Shown one piece after another: positions 1 to 11,075 of a stretch of DNA of 64,000 bases. The DNA is from Octopus bimaculoides (Eukaryota). A program made the position numbers and the translations under genes. The DNA lies in the NCBI RefSeq assembly GCF_001194135.2, contig NC_068984.1, forward strand, positions 45,278,197 to 45,342,196. Direction: 5' to 3'. The notes below the pieces were generated by a model. It did not search any database, was not told the origin of the DNA, and worked only from the letters and a program-made list of their open reading frames with translations. Every line of letters begins with the position of its first letter. Position 1 is the first letter of the stretch.

Positions 1-54
1 ATATATATACATATATATATGATTTGTGAAACGAATGTATCGTAAACTATGGCC

Positions 55-690
55 TAGCTCTTATTTTCTTTCTTCAAGTCTGCTAATCTATGCTTGGATT
101 TTAAAATGTATTGTTTGAAAAGAAAAATATCTGAGTAAAGTATTGATTTTTCACATAGACACATATTTACAAAGAGTATAGTCGAGTTACTCACCCCTGC
201 TATAAGACTCGTAGTTATTGAATACACACTTTAGGAATGGAAGTCAAAAGTTGACCTCACTGGTTTAAATGAGATCAGAACGTAAAGGAACAGCTGCCAC
301 TTAATGCAGAATACGAAACTATGACGTGTAAGTAATACATAAGAAATTTAGTCTATATGAAATTTAGTCTATTCACATTTCACTATCATTGTGTTCAAGA
401 CGAAGGCGGCGAGCTGGTGGAATCGTTAGCACGCCGGGCGAAATGCTTAGCGGCATTTTGTCCGGCTTCACATCCTGAGTTCAAATTCCGCCGAGCTCGA
501 CTTGCACTTTCGTCCTTTCAGAGTCGATAAAGTAAGTACTAGATGTGCACTGGGGGGTCGATGTAATGCACTTGACCACGTCTCCGAATTTGCTGGCCTT
601 GTGCCAAAATTCGAACCATTATTATGTTCAAGACGGATACTGTGGAGAAGTAAGTTTATTATGGGCCAAGCAAGTGATCCCTAGTTGTAG
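55..690 (+). repeat. Local duplication, copy 1 (paralog of 2335-2730; carries an extra SINE)
   Basis: About 400 bp of collinear similarity, e.g. CTGAGTAAAGTATTGATTTTTCACATAGACAC and TTAATGCAGAATACGAAACTATGACGTGTAAGTA are in both copies. Confidence 0.9.
403..624 (+). mobile_element. tRNA-derived SINE family A (tail type ...GGCCTTGTGCCAAAATTCGAACC) with TSD
   Basis: Head GGCGGCGAGCTGG...GAGTTCAAATTCCGCC (A/B-box-like), body GTCGAC..TTTCGTCCTTTCAGAGTCGATAAAGTAAGTAC. TSD TGTTCAAGACG at 392-402 and 625-635. Confidence 0.85.
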
Positions 691-1817
691 CGATTAGCTC
701 AATTAAATTACCTTGTGAATGGCATCAACATCCCTTTTTCCTTTTTTTCATCGCACAGCCCCCGACCGATACCACTTGTGAATTTTTAAGCAAAAGATTT
801 TATTAGCTTTAGATGCTTGCGTCTTTATTTCACCTGTGTTAGGGGGGGGGAGATATTTTTACAGCTCCCTTAAATAAATTTCACCTCTTGACCTTTCACA
901 TACCACGAGCAAGACGACTTCTTTTCGTATCAAATTACCAAACTAATTTTCTAGGATATACATAACATTATTTTCGTTGGTTGGTTAGGATTTTACATAC
1001 AATATATAGAGCTCTTTAGCACGAAAAGATAACATTCAGAGGAGAAAAAAATCACTAATACAAAATACAAGAAAAATAAGAAAATTACTTCTGTCCATGA
1101 AATTAAAACGAACCTTTNNNNNNNNNNNNNNNNNNNNNNNNNNNNNNNNNNNNNNNNNNNNNNNNNNNNNNNNNNNNNNNNNNNNNNNNNNNNNNNNNNN
1201 NNNNNNNNNNNNNNNNNNNNNNNNNNNNNNNNNNNNNNNNNNNNNNNNNNNNNNNNNNNNNNNNNNNNNNNNNNNNNNNNNNNNNNNNNNNNNNNNNNNN
1301 NNNNNNNNNNNNNNNNNNNNNNNNNNNNNNNNNNNNNNNNNNNNNNNNNNNNNNNNNNNNNNNNNNNNNNNNNNNNNNNNNNNNNNNNNNNNNNNNNNNN
1401 NNNNNNNNNNNNNNNNNNNNNNNNNNNNNNNNNNNNNNNNNNNNNNNNNNNNNNNNNNNNNNNNNNNNNNNNNNNNNNNNNNNNNNNNNNNNNNNNNNNN
1501 NNNNNNNNNNNNNNNNNNNNNNNNNNNNNNNNNNNNNNNNNNNNNNNNNNNNNNNNNNNNNNNNNNNNNNNNNNNNNNNNNNNNNNNNNNNNNNNNNNNN
1601 NNNNNNNNNNNTTTTTCTCTTTAAAATTCTTTCTAATATTTGATAAGATGGATACATCGAAACCGGTTACATTTTAAATCACTCACTGTAACAAAAATAT
1701 TGAACATTCCCTAAATGTTGTGCCTTTTCCAACTTTATTTACTTTTTATCTATAACTTCTGATTTGTATGAACTCTTAACTCTTTTTCAACTATATATGT
1801 ATATATACATATATATA

Positions 1818-2296
1818 CCGTAAATCCTCGAGTATAATCCGCATTTTTTTCCCAAAATTTAATGGTCAAAATCCCTAATGCGTACTATATACGAGGTTAA
1901 AAATAAAAAATATCTTCTAAGCAATGTCCGAATCTCTATTTGCTGTCCGGCAATGTTTATTCAGACGCATTTTGTGATGTCGGACGCGAAAATACCTTAA
2001 GCTAATACCTTAAGCTATAATTTTTTTTAACTGACGTTATTACTGTTATTTCTTTATTTTCTGCAAACAAAGTGTTCAAAAAAAGCTACACCCTTGCATT
2101 ATGTTATATATACAATAATAATTAAGGACGTTACTGTATATATGTTTACAAACCAAGGACGTTATATAGACCTCCTTGACTCAAGTTAGAGAAGGGGTGC
2201 GTATTATGCACAAGGTTTAGGTTCTTCAGAGGTACAGCCCCCTAAAAATCCCCTGCGTATTATACTCAAGGGCGGACTATAATCGAGGATTTACGG
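1818..2296. mobile_element. Tc1/mariner-superfamily MITE, intact, TA TSD
   Basis: TIR CCGTAAATCCTCGAGTATAATCCGC / GCGGACTATAATCGAGGATTTACGG (25 bp, 2 mismatches), flanked by TA inside a (TA)n tract; no ORF. Confidence 0.85.
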
Positions 2297-2334
2297 TATA
2301 TATATATATATATGCATAGTAGAGTATGAGCTTG

Positions 2335-2730
2335 CGCTTATTTTCTTTCTTCGAGTTTGCTAATCTATTTGTCTATGCTTAGATTTAATAAAATATATAA
2401 TAAATGTATTGCTTGAAAAGGAAAAATTATCTGAGTAAAGTATTGATTTTTCACATAGACACACGTCTGCAAAGAGTGTAGTCGAGTGACTTACCCCAGA
2501 TATATGACTGGTAGTTATTGAATACGCACTTTAGGAATGGAAGTCAAAGTTGACCTCTCTGAGTTAGATGAGCTCAGAACATAAAGGAATATCTACCACT
2601 TAATGCAGAATACGAAACTATGACGTGTAAGTAGTACATCTGAAATTTAGTCAGTCTATTCACATCTCACTATTACTATGTTCAGGGCGGATAGTGTGGG
2701 AAAGAAGTAATTTTCTGATGGGCCAAGCCA
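2335..2730 (+). repeat. Local duplication, copy 2 (empty site)
   Basis: Collinear with 55-690 but reads ...TATGTTCAGGGCGGATAGTGTGG without the SINE. Confidence 0.9.
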
Positions 2731-3299
2731 CCGATTTCTGGAATAGGTTTCGCAAAGACATTCGAACTATGGTGCAATTTCTATTAATGTGTTATTGATT
2801 ATGTCAATAGAAACCAAAAGAGAAACGAAGTTGATTCTAGTGAAATTTATCCTGAAAACATAGAGGTAGAAATTATAATATAATTGTTACGTTAGTTTTA
2901 ACATATCTAAAGTAAGGATTATACAAAACTAAGTGAAAATAGTTATGTGGAGTTGTGCGAAGAACCCCAATATTGGTCAATGATTAATATTGTTTCTATT
3001 ATTTTAGGCAACTGCGAACTGTTTAGATCTCAGTATGATCACATTAGCAAAGCAGATAGTTCACGGTTCTTTCTGAAGTAGTGAGAGAATTACAAAGTAA
3101 TCCTGGAAAAATGTATGCCGGTTAGCGAACAAAAATACAACATAATATATACCACTATGCATTTGATTAGGAACAATACATTTCTTCAAGTTTTTTCAGT
3201 TCTATTGTTGGAATATTGATTTATTCTGCTTAAATCCAAAGATCATGTATTTTAGGTGGTGATTGTAAAAGAACAAAGACTGGAGGAATTTATTTACTT

Positions 3300-3835
3300 T
3301 TCTTTTTTTCGTTTATTTTTTTTCTTCTTTTTACTTGCAGGGTCTGGAGGAAAGGACAATGGCCATGACCTTTGCATGCCCTCTGAAACAGGTGAAAAGG
3401 TATGAACAAGAACGAATTTCTAGAGGGTTGACGGGATTGAGGACAATGATGGGCTCAAGACCTGATGGAGTTGAACACAACAAAGTTAACAAGAGCAAGA
3501 GGGATGTGCGTGTTGGAAATGCCTGAGTAGAAGTGGTGTAAGCCCATCCAGCAAAACCAGAAGCTGGAGCATTCTTTGTGCATGACATGACGGCAATCAG
3601 TCTGATGGCTCTTTCTGAATGCAGTTTAAGAGGTTTACGTGTTCAGCAGCAGCAGCAGCAGCAGTATCCACAGAATGGAAACAATACTCCATTATGGGTC
3701 CCATCTGAGCTTTGCAAAGATGAAACCTATTGTTGGAAGCTAACCCTGAAGAGAAAGGCGAGTCATTAGAAGGCTTCCCGATGAATGTTAAGGATGTGCT
3801 TTTGCCAGGAGAAATCCTCATTGAGGCTTACCATT
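3300..3835 (-). pseudogene. Decayed CR1/L2/Jockey-like LINE ORF2, post-RT C-terminal fragment
   Basis: Minus frames give NEDFSWQKHILNIHREA..LAFLFR, LCKAQMGPIMEYCFHS...HVNLLNCIQK...LI. These match LINE motifs (LSW..HI..I...A...L.FL.R; LYKAQIRP.MEYCSH.W; L..IQ.RA.RLI). Stops and frameshifts present. Confidence 0.7.
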
Positions 3836-5635
3836 CAGGTCGATCGTGAGGGCTCTAGCTGTGTGCCATTCGTGTTTATGAGTGTGTGATGCTATATAGT
3901 CTTTTTATATGAGTATCATTTGTGCTTTCATGCTGTTGAAAGAGACAAAATTGGCATGTCCCCCAATTGAGGATACCTTCGCGGTCTCTGTTTATGGAAT
4001 TAGCGTAGATTAGGCGTGTGATGCCTAGATAAAGTGAAATAGATTAAACAGATAATTACCAAGGAGTTTGCCTCTTGCCCTATGACACCCGCCACTTCTA
4101 CAGATAAAATATTATAAATGTCTTATTTAGCTGGGAATAAAACCAGATATTTGTAGTGAGATGACATTGACATTGCGAGACACCTGTCTTTATGTTCGGT
4201 TGATTACTTCTGCCTCTACATTTTTTTACTGTACAGTCCACCACACTTAAAATAGTTATGTTATAGAGACAAAGGGAAACATAATTCGAGATATAGCTGA
4301 TTAAATCGGCTTAACAGCATGACTGGTACCAGATGAGAGAGCATGTATGTGTTCGTTTGGACCTAAAGGAAATAACAGACAGATCATTATTGAACCGACT
4401 TTATTGTTTTAAAAAGATATATATTTTTAATATATTGGATACTTTACTATTTGCTAGACAAAAGAATAGAAAGATCACAAATAGAAAGCCTTTGGTAACA
4501 GATTCGTTCGTTCAGGATTGATCTGAGAATAAGCAACAGCAACAGCAACAACAACAGTAGCACTTACTCTGTCGCACTGGAACGTTAAAAGGTAACTGAT
4601 TTATATGTAGGTATGAGATTACTCTTTGAATTAAAGGTGAATAGGAATACGGCAGCTGACTGGTGTTACTTCCTACGAGGTGTATGTGAGTAACACTTGG
4701 AAGCTCATTCGCAGAAACTGATACACGATGTCCTGTTACCGTAGAGAGTGACCAATTCAAATATATACATTGTAAATATTACCGAGAAGAGCGGCATAAA
4801 GTTCATCGGGTGTTTGATACCGTTGAAATAAATTCAGGCATATGCCTGCCTCAATGAGATATGTCATCGGTGGTACTAAACACTTTAGTCCGTTATAAGA
4901 TAGTACATTTGGATTAGATACACGTTTGATCTCCACTGGCTGAACTTCATATGTAAAATTAGGTGATAAAAATTACACTCATGAATTATAATTATAATTT
5001 TGCAGCCTTTTGTTTTACTCAAACAATTGAAGGAAGATGGATATTAGCTAAGAAAAAGTGCAACAGTGAGGAAAACACAATGCTTAGTTCACATCCTATC
5101 CTCTGAAACACACGTGGAAGATAAAGTTCAATAATCTGGAACACTTCTTCGCTAGTCTAATTTGTTGAAACAATGAAAATTGTATTTAATATATAGATAA
5201 ACGTATATTGTAAGTTTCAAACTTACGATTGTTTTTCTTTTCTTTTATTACTTTTATTTCTTTATGAATTAACTGTCACCACTTCTAGTTTTTCACTTTC
5301 ATTTCTTGCTCATATGACTATCTTATATCCTTTCCATCCTTAAAATAAGACTAAACCGAATCCCGTATTTGACTAGCACTTTGTTTTACCGACCTTAGAA
5401 AGATGAAAAGTAAAGTTGACTTCGTCAGGATTTGAACTTAACATAAAAGTCTGGAACAAATGCCGCCAAGAAATTTGTCTTACGATCTACAAGGGTTGCC
5501 ATTCACTGTCATCTAAATAATCGGTTTTAATATAGGAAAAAACGCAAACATCCATGAGTAATATGGTAGGGCGTTTTTTCAATGCTCTAATAATTCTGCA
5601 AGTCTATCACTCTTGAACAGGTTTTCCCATATAGC

Positions 5636-5831
5636 CACAAGGCCAACAACTTGGTGAACCAGAATTAATTACATCGACTCGTCTGCCTGACTGGCGCATT
5701 AGTTTATAGATCCCAGAGGAATAAAAGTAGAATTAGATCACGGCGAGATTTGAACTCAGAACGCAACTAGCAATAAATACACCTCAACATGATTTTTCTC
5801 GATGCTCTAACGATTCCGTTAATACACCACC
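5636..5831 (-). mobile_element. SINE family A, diverged
   Basis: Reverse-complement matches to head (TTTGAACTCAGAACG, CTAACGATTCC) and tail (CACAAGGCC). Confidence 0.65.
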
Positions 5832-6249
5832 CTAACAATCTTTCAAAGTGTGAAAGAAAGAAATTGGCAACGTGGATATAAGCTGAGATGAATTTGACTC
5901 AATGGGGATTTCCCTGAGGTTTATAATTTCTATTCTTGGTTATTTTTATTAGCTGTAGCTGTCAAGAAAGTTGACAACTTCATTCTGAATCTAAGTAACG
6001 ATTTCAATAATAACAACAGCTCTCAAGGAACACAAAACTCAACTTAAGAAATTAAACCGAACAACCAGCCAACGGACCGACAGTCACACCAAACAGCTAA
6101 ACAAACAAACGGAACCAAGAAGCACAAGTAAGACACAAAAACTAAATCATTATACATGAGCTCCGAATCGTTGACGTTCGTGGGTCACAACGAAGACCTA
6201 CGCATACACACATGCAAACACATACATACATACATACATACATATATCT

Positions 6250-6480
6250 TTTATCTTTTACCTTTCATTTGTTTCAGTCATTACACTGCAGCCATGCTGG
6301 GGCACTGCCTTGAAGAATTTTAATCGAATGAATCGATCCCGAGTACTTTTTCAAAGCCTGCTACTTAGTCTATCGTTCTCTTTTACCGAACCGCTTAGTC
6401 ACGAGAATGTAAACACACCAACACCGGTTGTTAAGTGGTGGCGGGGAAACAAACACAGACACAAAGACACCCCTACATCT
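6250..6480 (-). mobile_element. SINE family B, 3' half
   Basis: GTTTCAGTCATT...GCCATGCTGGGGCAC...CCGAACCGCT...AAACACAGACAC is the reverse of the B 3' half at 24143-24358. Confidence 0.75.
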
Positions 6481-6657
6481 TCCCACACACAAACACACAC
6501 ACACACACACACGTACAAACTCACACATGCACACATATATACATATATTCATATGCGTATGCATGTATACGATTATAATATATATATTTCGTTTTTGGAT
6601 TTGGTTTGCAAGATTTTTTATGTGATTTTGTGTGTTGAAGCATATTCTGTTGTGTCT

Positions 6658-6842
6658 GGGGAGAGTCATTTTCTTATTGTGCCTTAAAATTTAATACACT
6701 CACCGGTAAAATTTCCACAGTCACTATTGATAAGGTTGCAAGACGCAACGAAAATTCTAGGAAAATAAAAATAAGAAATAAGCGGAAATTTTACCGGTGA
6801 GTGTGTTAAATTTTAAGGCACAATAAGAAAATGACTCTCCCC
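6658..6842. mobile_element. Foldback/MITE-like inverted repeat; right arm runs into a gap
   Basis: 59-bp arms at 6658-6716 and 6784-6842 with one mismatch; 67-bp spacer. Confidence 0.8.
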
Positions 6843-7105
6843 NNNNNNNNNNNNNNNNNNNNNNNNNNNNNNNNNNNNNNNNNNNNNNNNNNNNNNNNNN
6901 NNNNNNNNNNNNNNNNNNNNNNNNNNNNNNNNNNNNNNNNNNNNNNNNNNNNNNNNNNNNNNNNNNNNNNNNNNNNNNNNNNNNNNNNNNNNNNNNNNNN
7001 NNNNNNNNNNNNNNNNNNNNNNNNNNNNNNNNNNNNNNNNNNNNNNNNNNNNNNNNNNNNNNNNNNNNNNNNNNNNNNNNNNNNNNNNNNNNNNNNNNNN
7101 NATAT

Positions 7106-7417
7106 GTTAAAGTCTGTCATACCGGCCATGACGAAGGGAAATAGCCCTGAAACTCGAGTCGCCTTTATATATATATATTTATATTTATATATTTATATAT
7201 TTGATCCTTTATATTGAACACTCAATATTTCATCTACATTCAATACTTTCTTTCATGGTGCCATCCATTTTTATTTTATTTTATTTTATATTGTATATTG
7301 TATATTATATTATATATTGTATATTCCATATTCTATACCCCACATTAGTTCTGCAGGAATATAAATAAAACATAAAAAACAGACAGTGTTGGAACTCTTT
7401 TAAGCAAAATAATATAT
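7106..7417 (+). mobile_element. ~310-bp dispersed repeat with hammerhead-like 5' end (Penelope/retrozyme-like), copy 1
   Basis: Near-identical to 46049-46355 (about 4 substitutions plus one 5-bp indel). Begins ...CCGGCCATGACGAAGGGAAATAGCCCTGAAACTCGAGTCGCC; flanked by TA repeats. Confidence 0.7.
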
Positions 7418-7937
7418 ATATATATATATATTATAATGTTAGGGAATTACAATCGGCGTATGAAGGGAGAACACAGGTAGAGAGAAAGAAATGCACGGCA
7501 AAGAACAGGAGAAGGATTTCTATGACATAAGAGGAATGAAGAAAGGTAGAACAGATGAAACGAAGAGACTTTAGTACGATTTGATCTTGGTACTGAGAGT
7601 AAAAGAAAACATTAGGTTCCTGCTGTTTCTGTAAATTAAATTCGGTTTCTGTACTGTTGTTCTCAACGGATGTGCGCATTTGTTAATAGCAGGGTAAAGT
7701 GAATGTATTGACAAGAGCTAAACTTAAAGGAAAGAAATTCACTCACAAGATGCGGACCTTTCACTGTTCGATTTGTTGGTTGGTTGCTTGCTTGCTTGGT
7801 TACTTGCTTGCTTGCTTTTTTGCTTGCTTACTATTTTTTGCCGAACCGCTAAATTACGGAGACATAAACTCGACAACACCGGTTGTCAAGCAGTGATGGG
7901 GAGGACTAACACAGACACAAAGACACACACACATAGA

Positions 7938-8163
7938 TTCTTTTATTCTTTTACATGTTTCAGTCATGTGATTGCGGCCATGCTGGAGCACTACCTTTTA
8001 TTCAAACAAATCGACCCCAGGACTAATTTTTTTTAAAAGCCTGGTACTTATATTGTTGGTCTCTTTTACCGAACCGCTAAATTACGGAGACATAAACACA
8101 CCAATAACGGTTGTCAGGTGGTGATGGGGGGGGGGACACACAAAGACACACACACACACACAC

Positions 8164-8195
<32 letters not shown>

Positions 8196-8262
8196 TTATA
8201 CAACGGGATTCTTTCAGTTTCCGTCTACCAAATCCACTCACAAAGCTTTGGTNNNNNNNNNN

Positions 8263-8299
<37 letters not shown>

Positions 8300-8455
8300 G
8301 ACAGGCTTCTTTCAGTTTCCGTCAAATCCCCTCACGAAGCTTTAGTCGGCCCGAGGCTATGGAAGAAGACACTTACCCAAGTTGCCACACAGTGTGATTA
8401 AAACCGGAACCATGTGGTTGGAATGCAAATTTCTTATCGCGCAGCCACGCCTGTG
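7938..8455 (-). mobile_element. SINE family B, full length, with internal microsatellite; extra partial copy at about 7840-7935
   Basis: 3' half plus TTTCAGTTTCCGTCTACCAAATCCACTCACAAAGC central domain and reversed tRNA-like head; spans a 10-N gap. Confidence 0.8.
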
Positions 8456-8862
8456 TTTGGGAGTTATTAAAATTGGAGAGTCATTAAACCGCAGCTGCCC
8501 TGCAGTTGTAAACATTTCTTTTAAAATAGGCCTTCTTTTTCCAGACTATAAATTTACATTTATACCAATAGTAAATGTCTAAATGGCCACCTCTAAAAGC
8601 TAATGTTTACAAGCAAAGAGAGTGACCAGTTAACACGATGTTTATAAATGCAATTTGTAAGGGTAACAGTATAGTTTGTGTTGCTGAACTCTATAGACAG
8701 AGCTTTGTTTAGAGCTGTTTCTCTGTCAGAAGCGAACGCCTTCTTTGTAAGAAGTCAAATAATTTTTTTTAAATAAGAAAACTGTTACACACACAAGCAT
8801 GTACATATATATATTTGTATATATGCATACATACATACAGATAAACAGACAGACACGAAGAC

Positions 8863-8898
<36 letters not shown>

Positions 8899-8917
8899 GG
8901 ATAGTTAGATAGATAGG

Positions 8918-8962
<45 letters not shown>

Positions 8963-9560
8963 GTGTGCGTGAGTGTGTGTCAGAAATGGAATGACGCAGT
9001 ACAAAAACTGGTTGGTAGTCACTAAAATAGATAAGTAGATAGCCACATTCCATCCAAGTCATATGTCATCCAAATGAACTTGCGGAGCAGGAAGAGGAGG
9101 AGGAGGAGGCGTAAATAGGGTAGCGGAGAGACCATGACATTCAAAATATTATTAGCGGACCGAACCTTTATCTACAAAGAAAAATAGATAAAAATAATAT
9201 CAAATCCTAAAGAGGAATAGTAGAAATTGTTGTATTTAGAAATATGTTTATTTACAATTCCAGTTAAGTTTTGACTGTCCATTTGTTACTGGTCAACACA
9301 TTATTGTTATTTTTTTTTCTAGCAGAGATCTGAGAGACAATTGTTAGTAATTCTCTGAGGTGGAGGGAATAATTTCAAGAAATCATGAATAATAAATAAC
9401 GCCGTTAATTTACATGCTCGCGACATCTTTGTTACACGCTAGGACGGTGAGCTTTGTTACAGACAAGGTACAATGCATATGAATACATGTTTCTATTTGT
9501 TATAATACAGTATAATCCAGTCTCATTATGGTTGCAGTTCAGAAATTAGGGCTTTACATT

Positions 9561-11075
9561 TACAATGGTCCCGCTGAATGCAATGCAAAAGAGAACAACT
9601 TTTTTTTTTTTTTTTTTAACTAACCTAAGTCTTCAAATTAGACATGCTGGTAGAAAAGCACTTTCTCTTCGAGCTCTTCTCTTTCTGTTATTCTTCATTG
9701 CAAGTAAATGACGGGTCCCAAGTATAAGCACTGTTCCATCATTGAGTTCATGAAGACGGGGTGCAGCTGTCCGTCATCCACAAAAGGTTACATGCTTACA
9801 GAGATGATGACACTGTTGATGAGAGGAATGAGCGCAGAGGGATAAAGACATTTTTAAAAATGGGGAAAGCAGTATTAAGAGACAGACCATGTAGTCAGGG
9901 ACCATCAGCTGTGACCACTGACAGAAATCACCAAAGAGTTAACGAATTGATTCACGCAGACTGTCATGTCATAATCCAATAGCATGCTACACAGCTGGAC
10001 TGTGGTCACAATGCATTACAGAGGGTGGTAGAAGACTTTGGCTGCAGGAAAGTGTGACACCTGATTTGAAAGAAGGAAGGTGGAAGTCTACTATGATTTG
10101 TTGGAAATGTTTGATGGCTATGAAGGCAGGTTGTTTCTGGGGATAAAACGTGAGTGCAAATTTATGATCTGGTAGAGACAGTCCATGTAGTGAGGGACCG
10201 TCAGCTGTGACCACTGACAGAAATCTCTAAAGAGTTAACGAATTCGCGCAAACTGACATGTCATAATCTGAGCGCATGCTATACGGCTGGACTGTGGTTA
10301 CAATGCATTACAGAAGGTGGTAGAAGACTTTGGCTGTAGGAAAGTGTGACATCCGATCTGAAAGAAGGAAGGTGGAAGTCTATGATCTGTTTGACGGCAA
10401 TGACGGTTCGCTGTTTCTGGGGATAACGCGTGAGCGTAAATTTATGATCTGGTAACGAAGGCTTAATCTACGGAGTAGCATCACACCACTTCTCTATCAC
10501 CTACGAAGTTCAAGAGTTAGTGATCGGCAAAGAAAGTCAAGGTGATTCGGGTCATGACAAGGTCTTCAGTCTCCTTGATTTTCTCGAACGTAGTTTGTAC
10601 AGCAAGTAGTACGCTAAGGCACCCAAAAAGTTTAGATAAACCGTAAGAAGAATAGACCAAACAATAAATTGAAAATTCTCCTCGTTCACCATGACGATGC
10701 ACAACCATGCGCATGTTTGGCAACAAACCAGATAATCGGCAAACTGGGCTGCTCAGTCATCCTCTGTCCTCTGTACTTTCTGCATCTGGCACCCTTCAAC
10801 TTCATCTGTTCGGTTCAATGAAGGACAATCTTTGGAGACAAATATTTGACGACACAGACGAGGTAAAGAGGTGGGTATAACAGCGCGCCCCTGGAATTTT
10901 TCGAAGAGGATTCGTGATTTGAGTTCAACTAAATCCCAGACGCATCGTCTGTGGTAAAAACTATGATGAGTAATACTTTTGTAAAGAGGAAGAGTTACTT
11001 GACCAATATGTGTAATTTGAATTTCTTGCATCAATTAATAAAGTTACGCACATCTTTGCATTACTTTCGGTAGAT
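9561..11075 (+). mobile_element. Near full-length decayed mariner with pseudogenised transposase (about 9708-10973)
   Basis: Broken frames give IIEF, IHKRLHAY.DDTVD, FKNGESSI.DRPCSQGPS..TTDRNHQRVNELIHAD, LLDFLER, LLVHHDDAQP, LAPFNFHLFGSMKDNL (mariner HTH plus D,D34D region: HHDNA, YSPDLAPSDFHLF). Degenerate TIRs GAATGCAATGCAAAAGA / TCTTTGCATTACTTTC. Confidence 0.85.

Noticed and set aside
3301-3400. Apparent + strand exon (pyrimidine tract, CAG| at 3340, AAG|GTATGA donor)
   Set aside because: Better explained as the antisense of a decayed LINE and its A-rich flank; the peptide is unrecognisable.
8500-8650. Cluster of forkhead-like GTAAACA/TGTTTAC motifs
   Set aside because: Expected by chance in AT-rich DNA.
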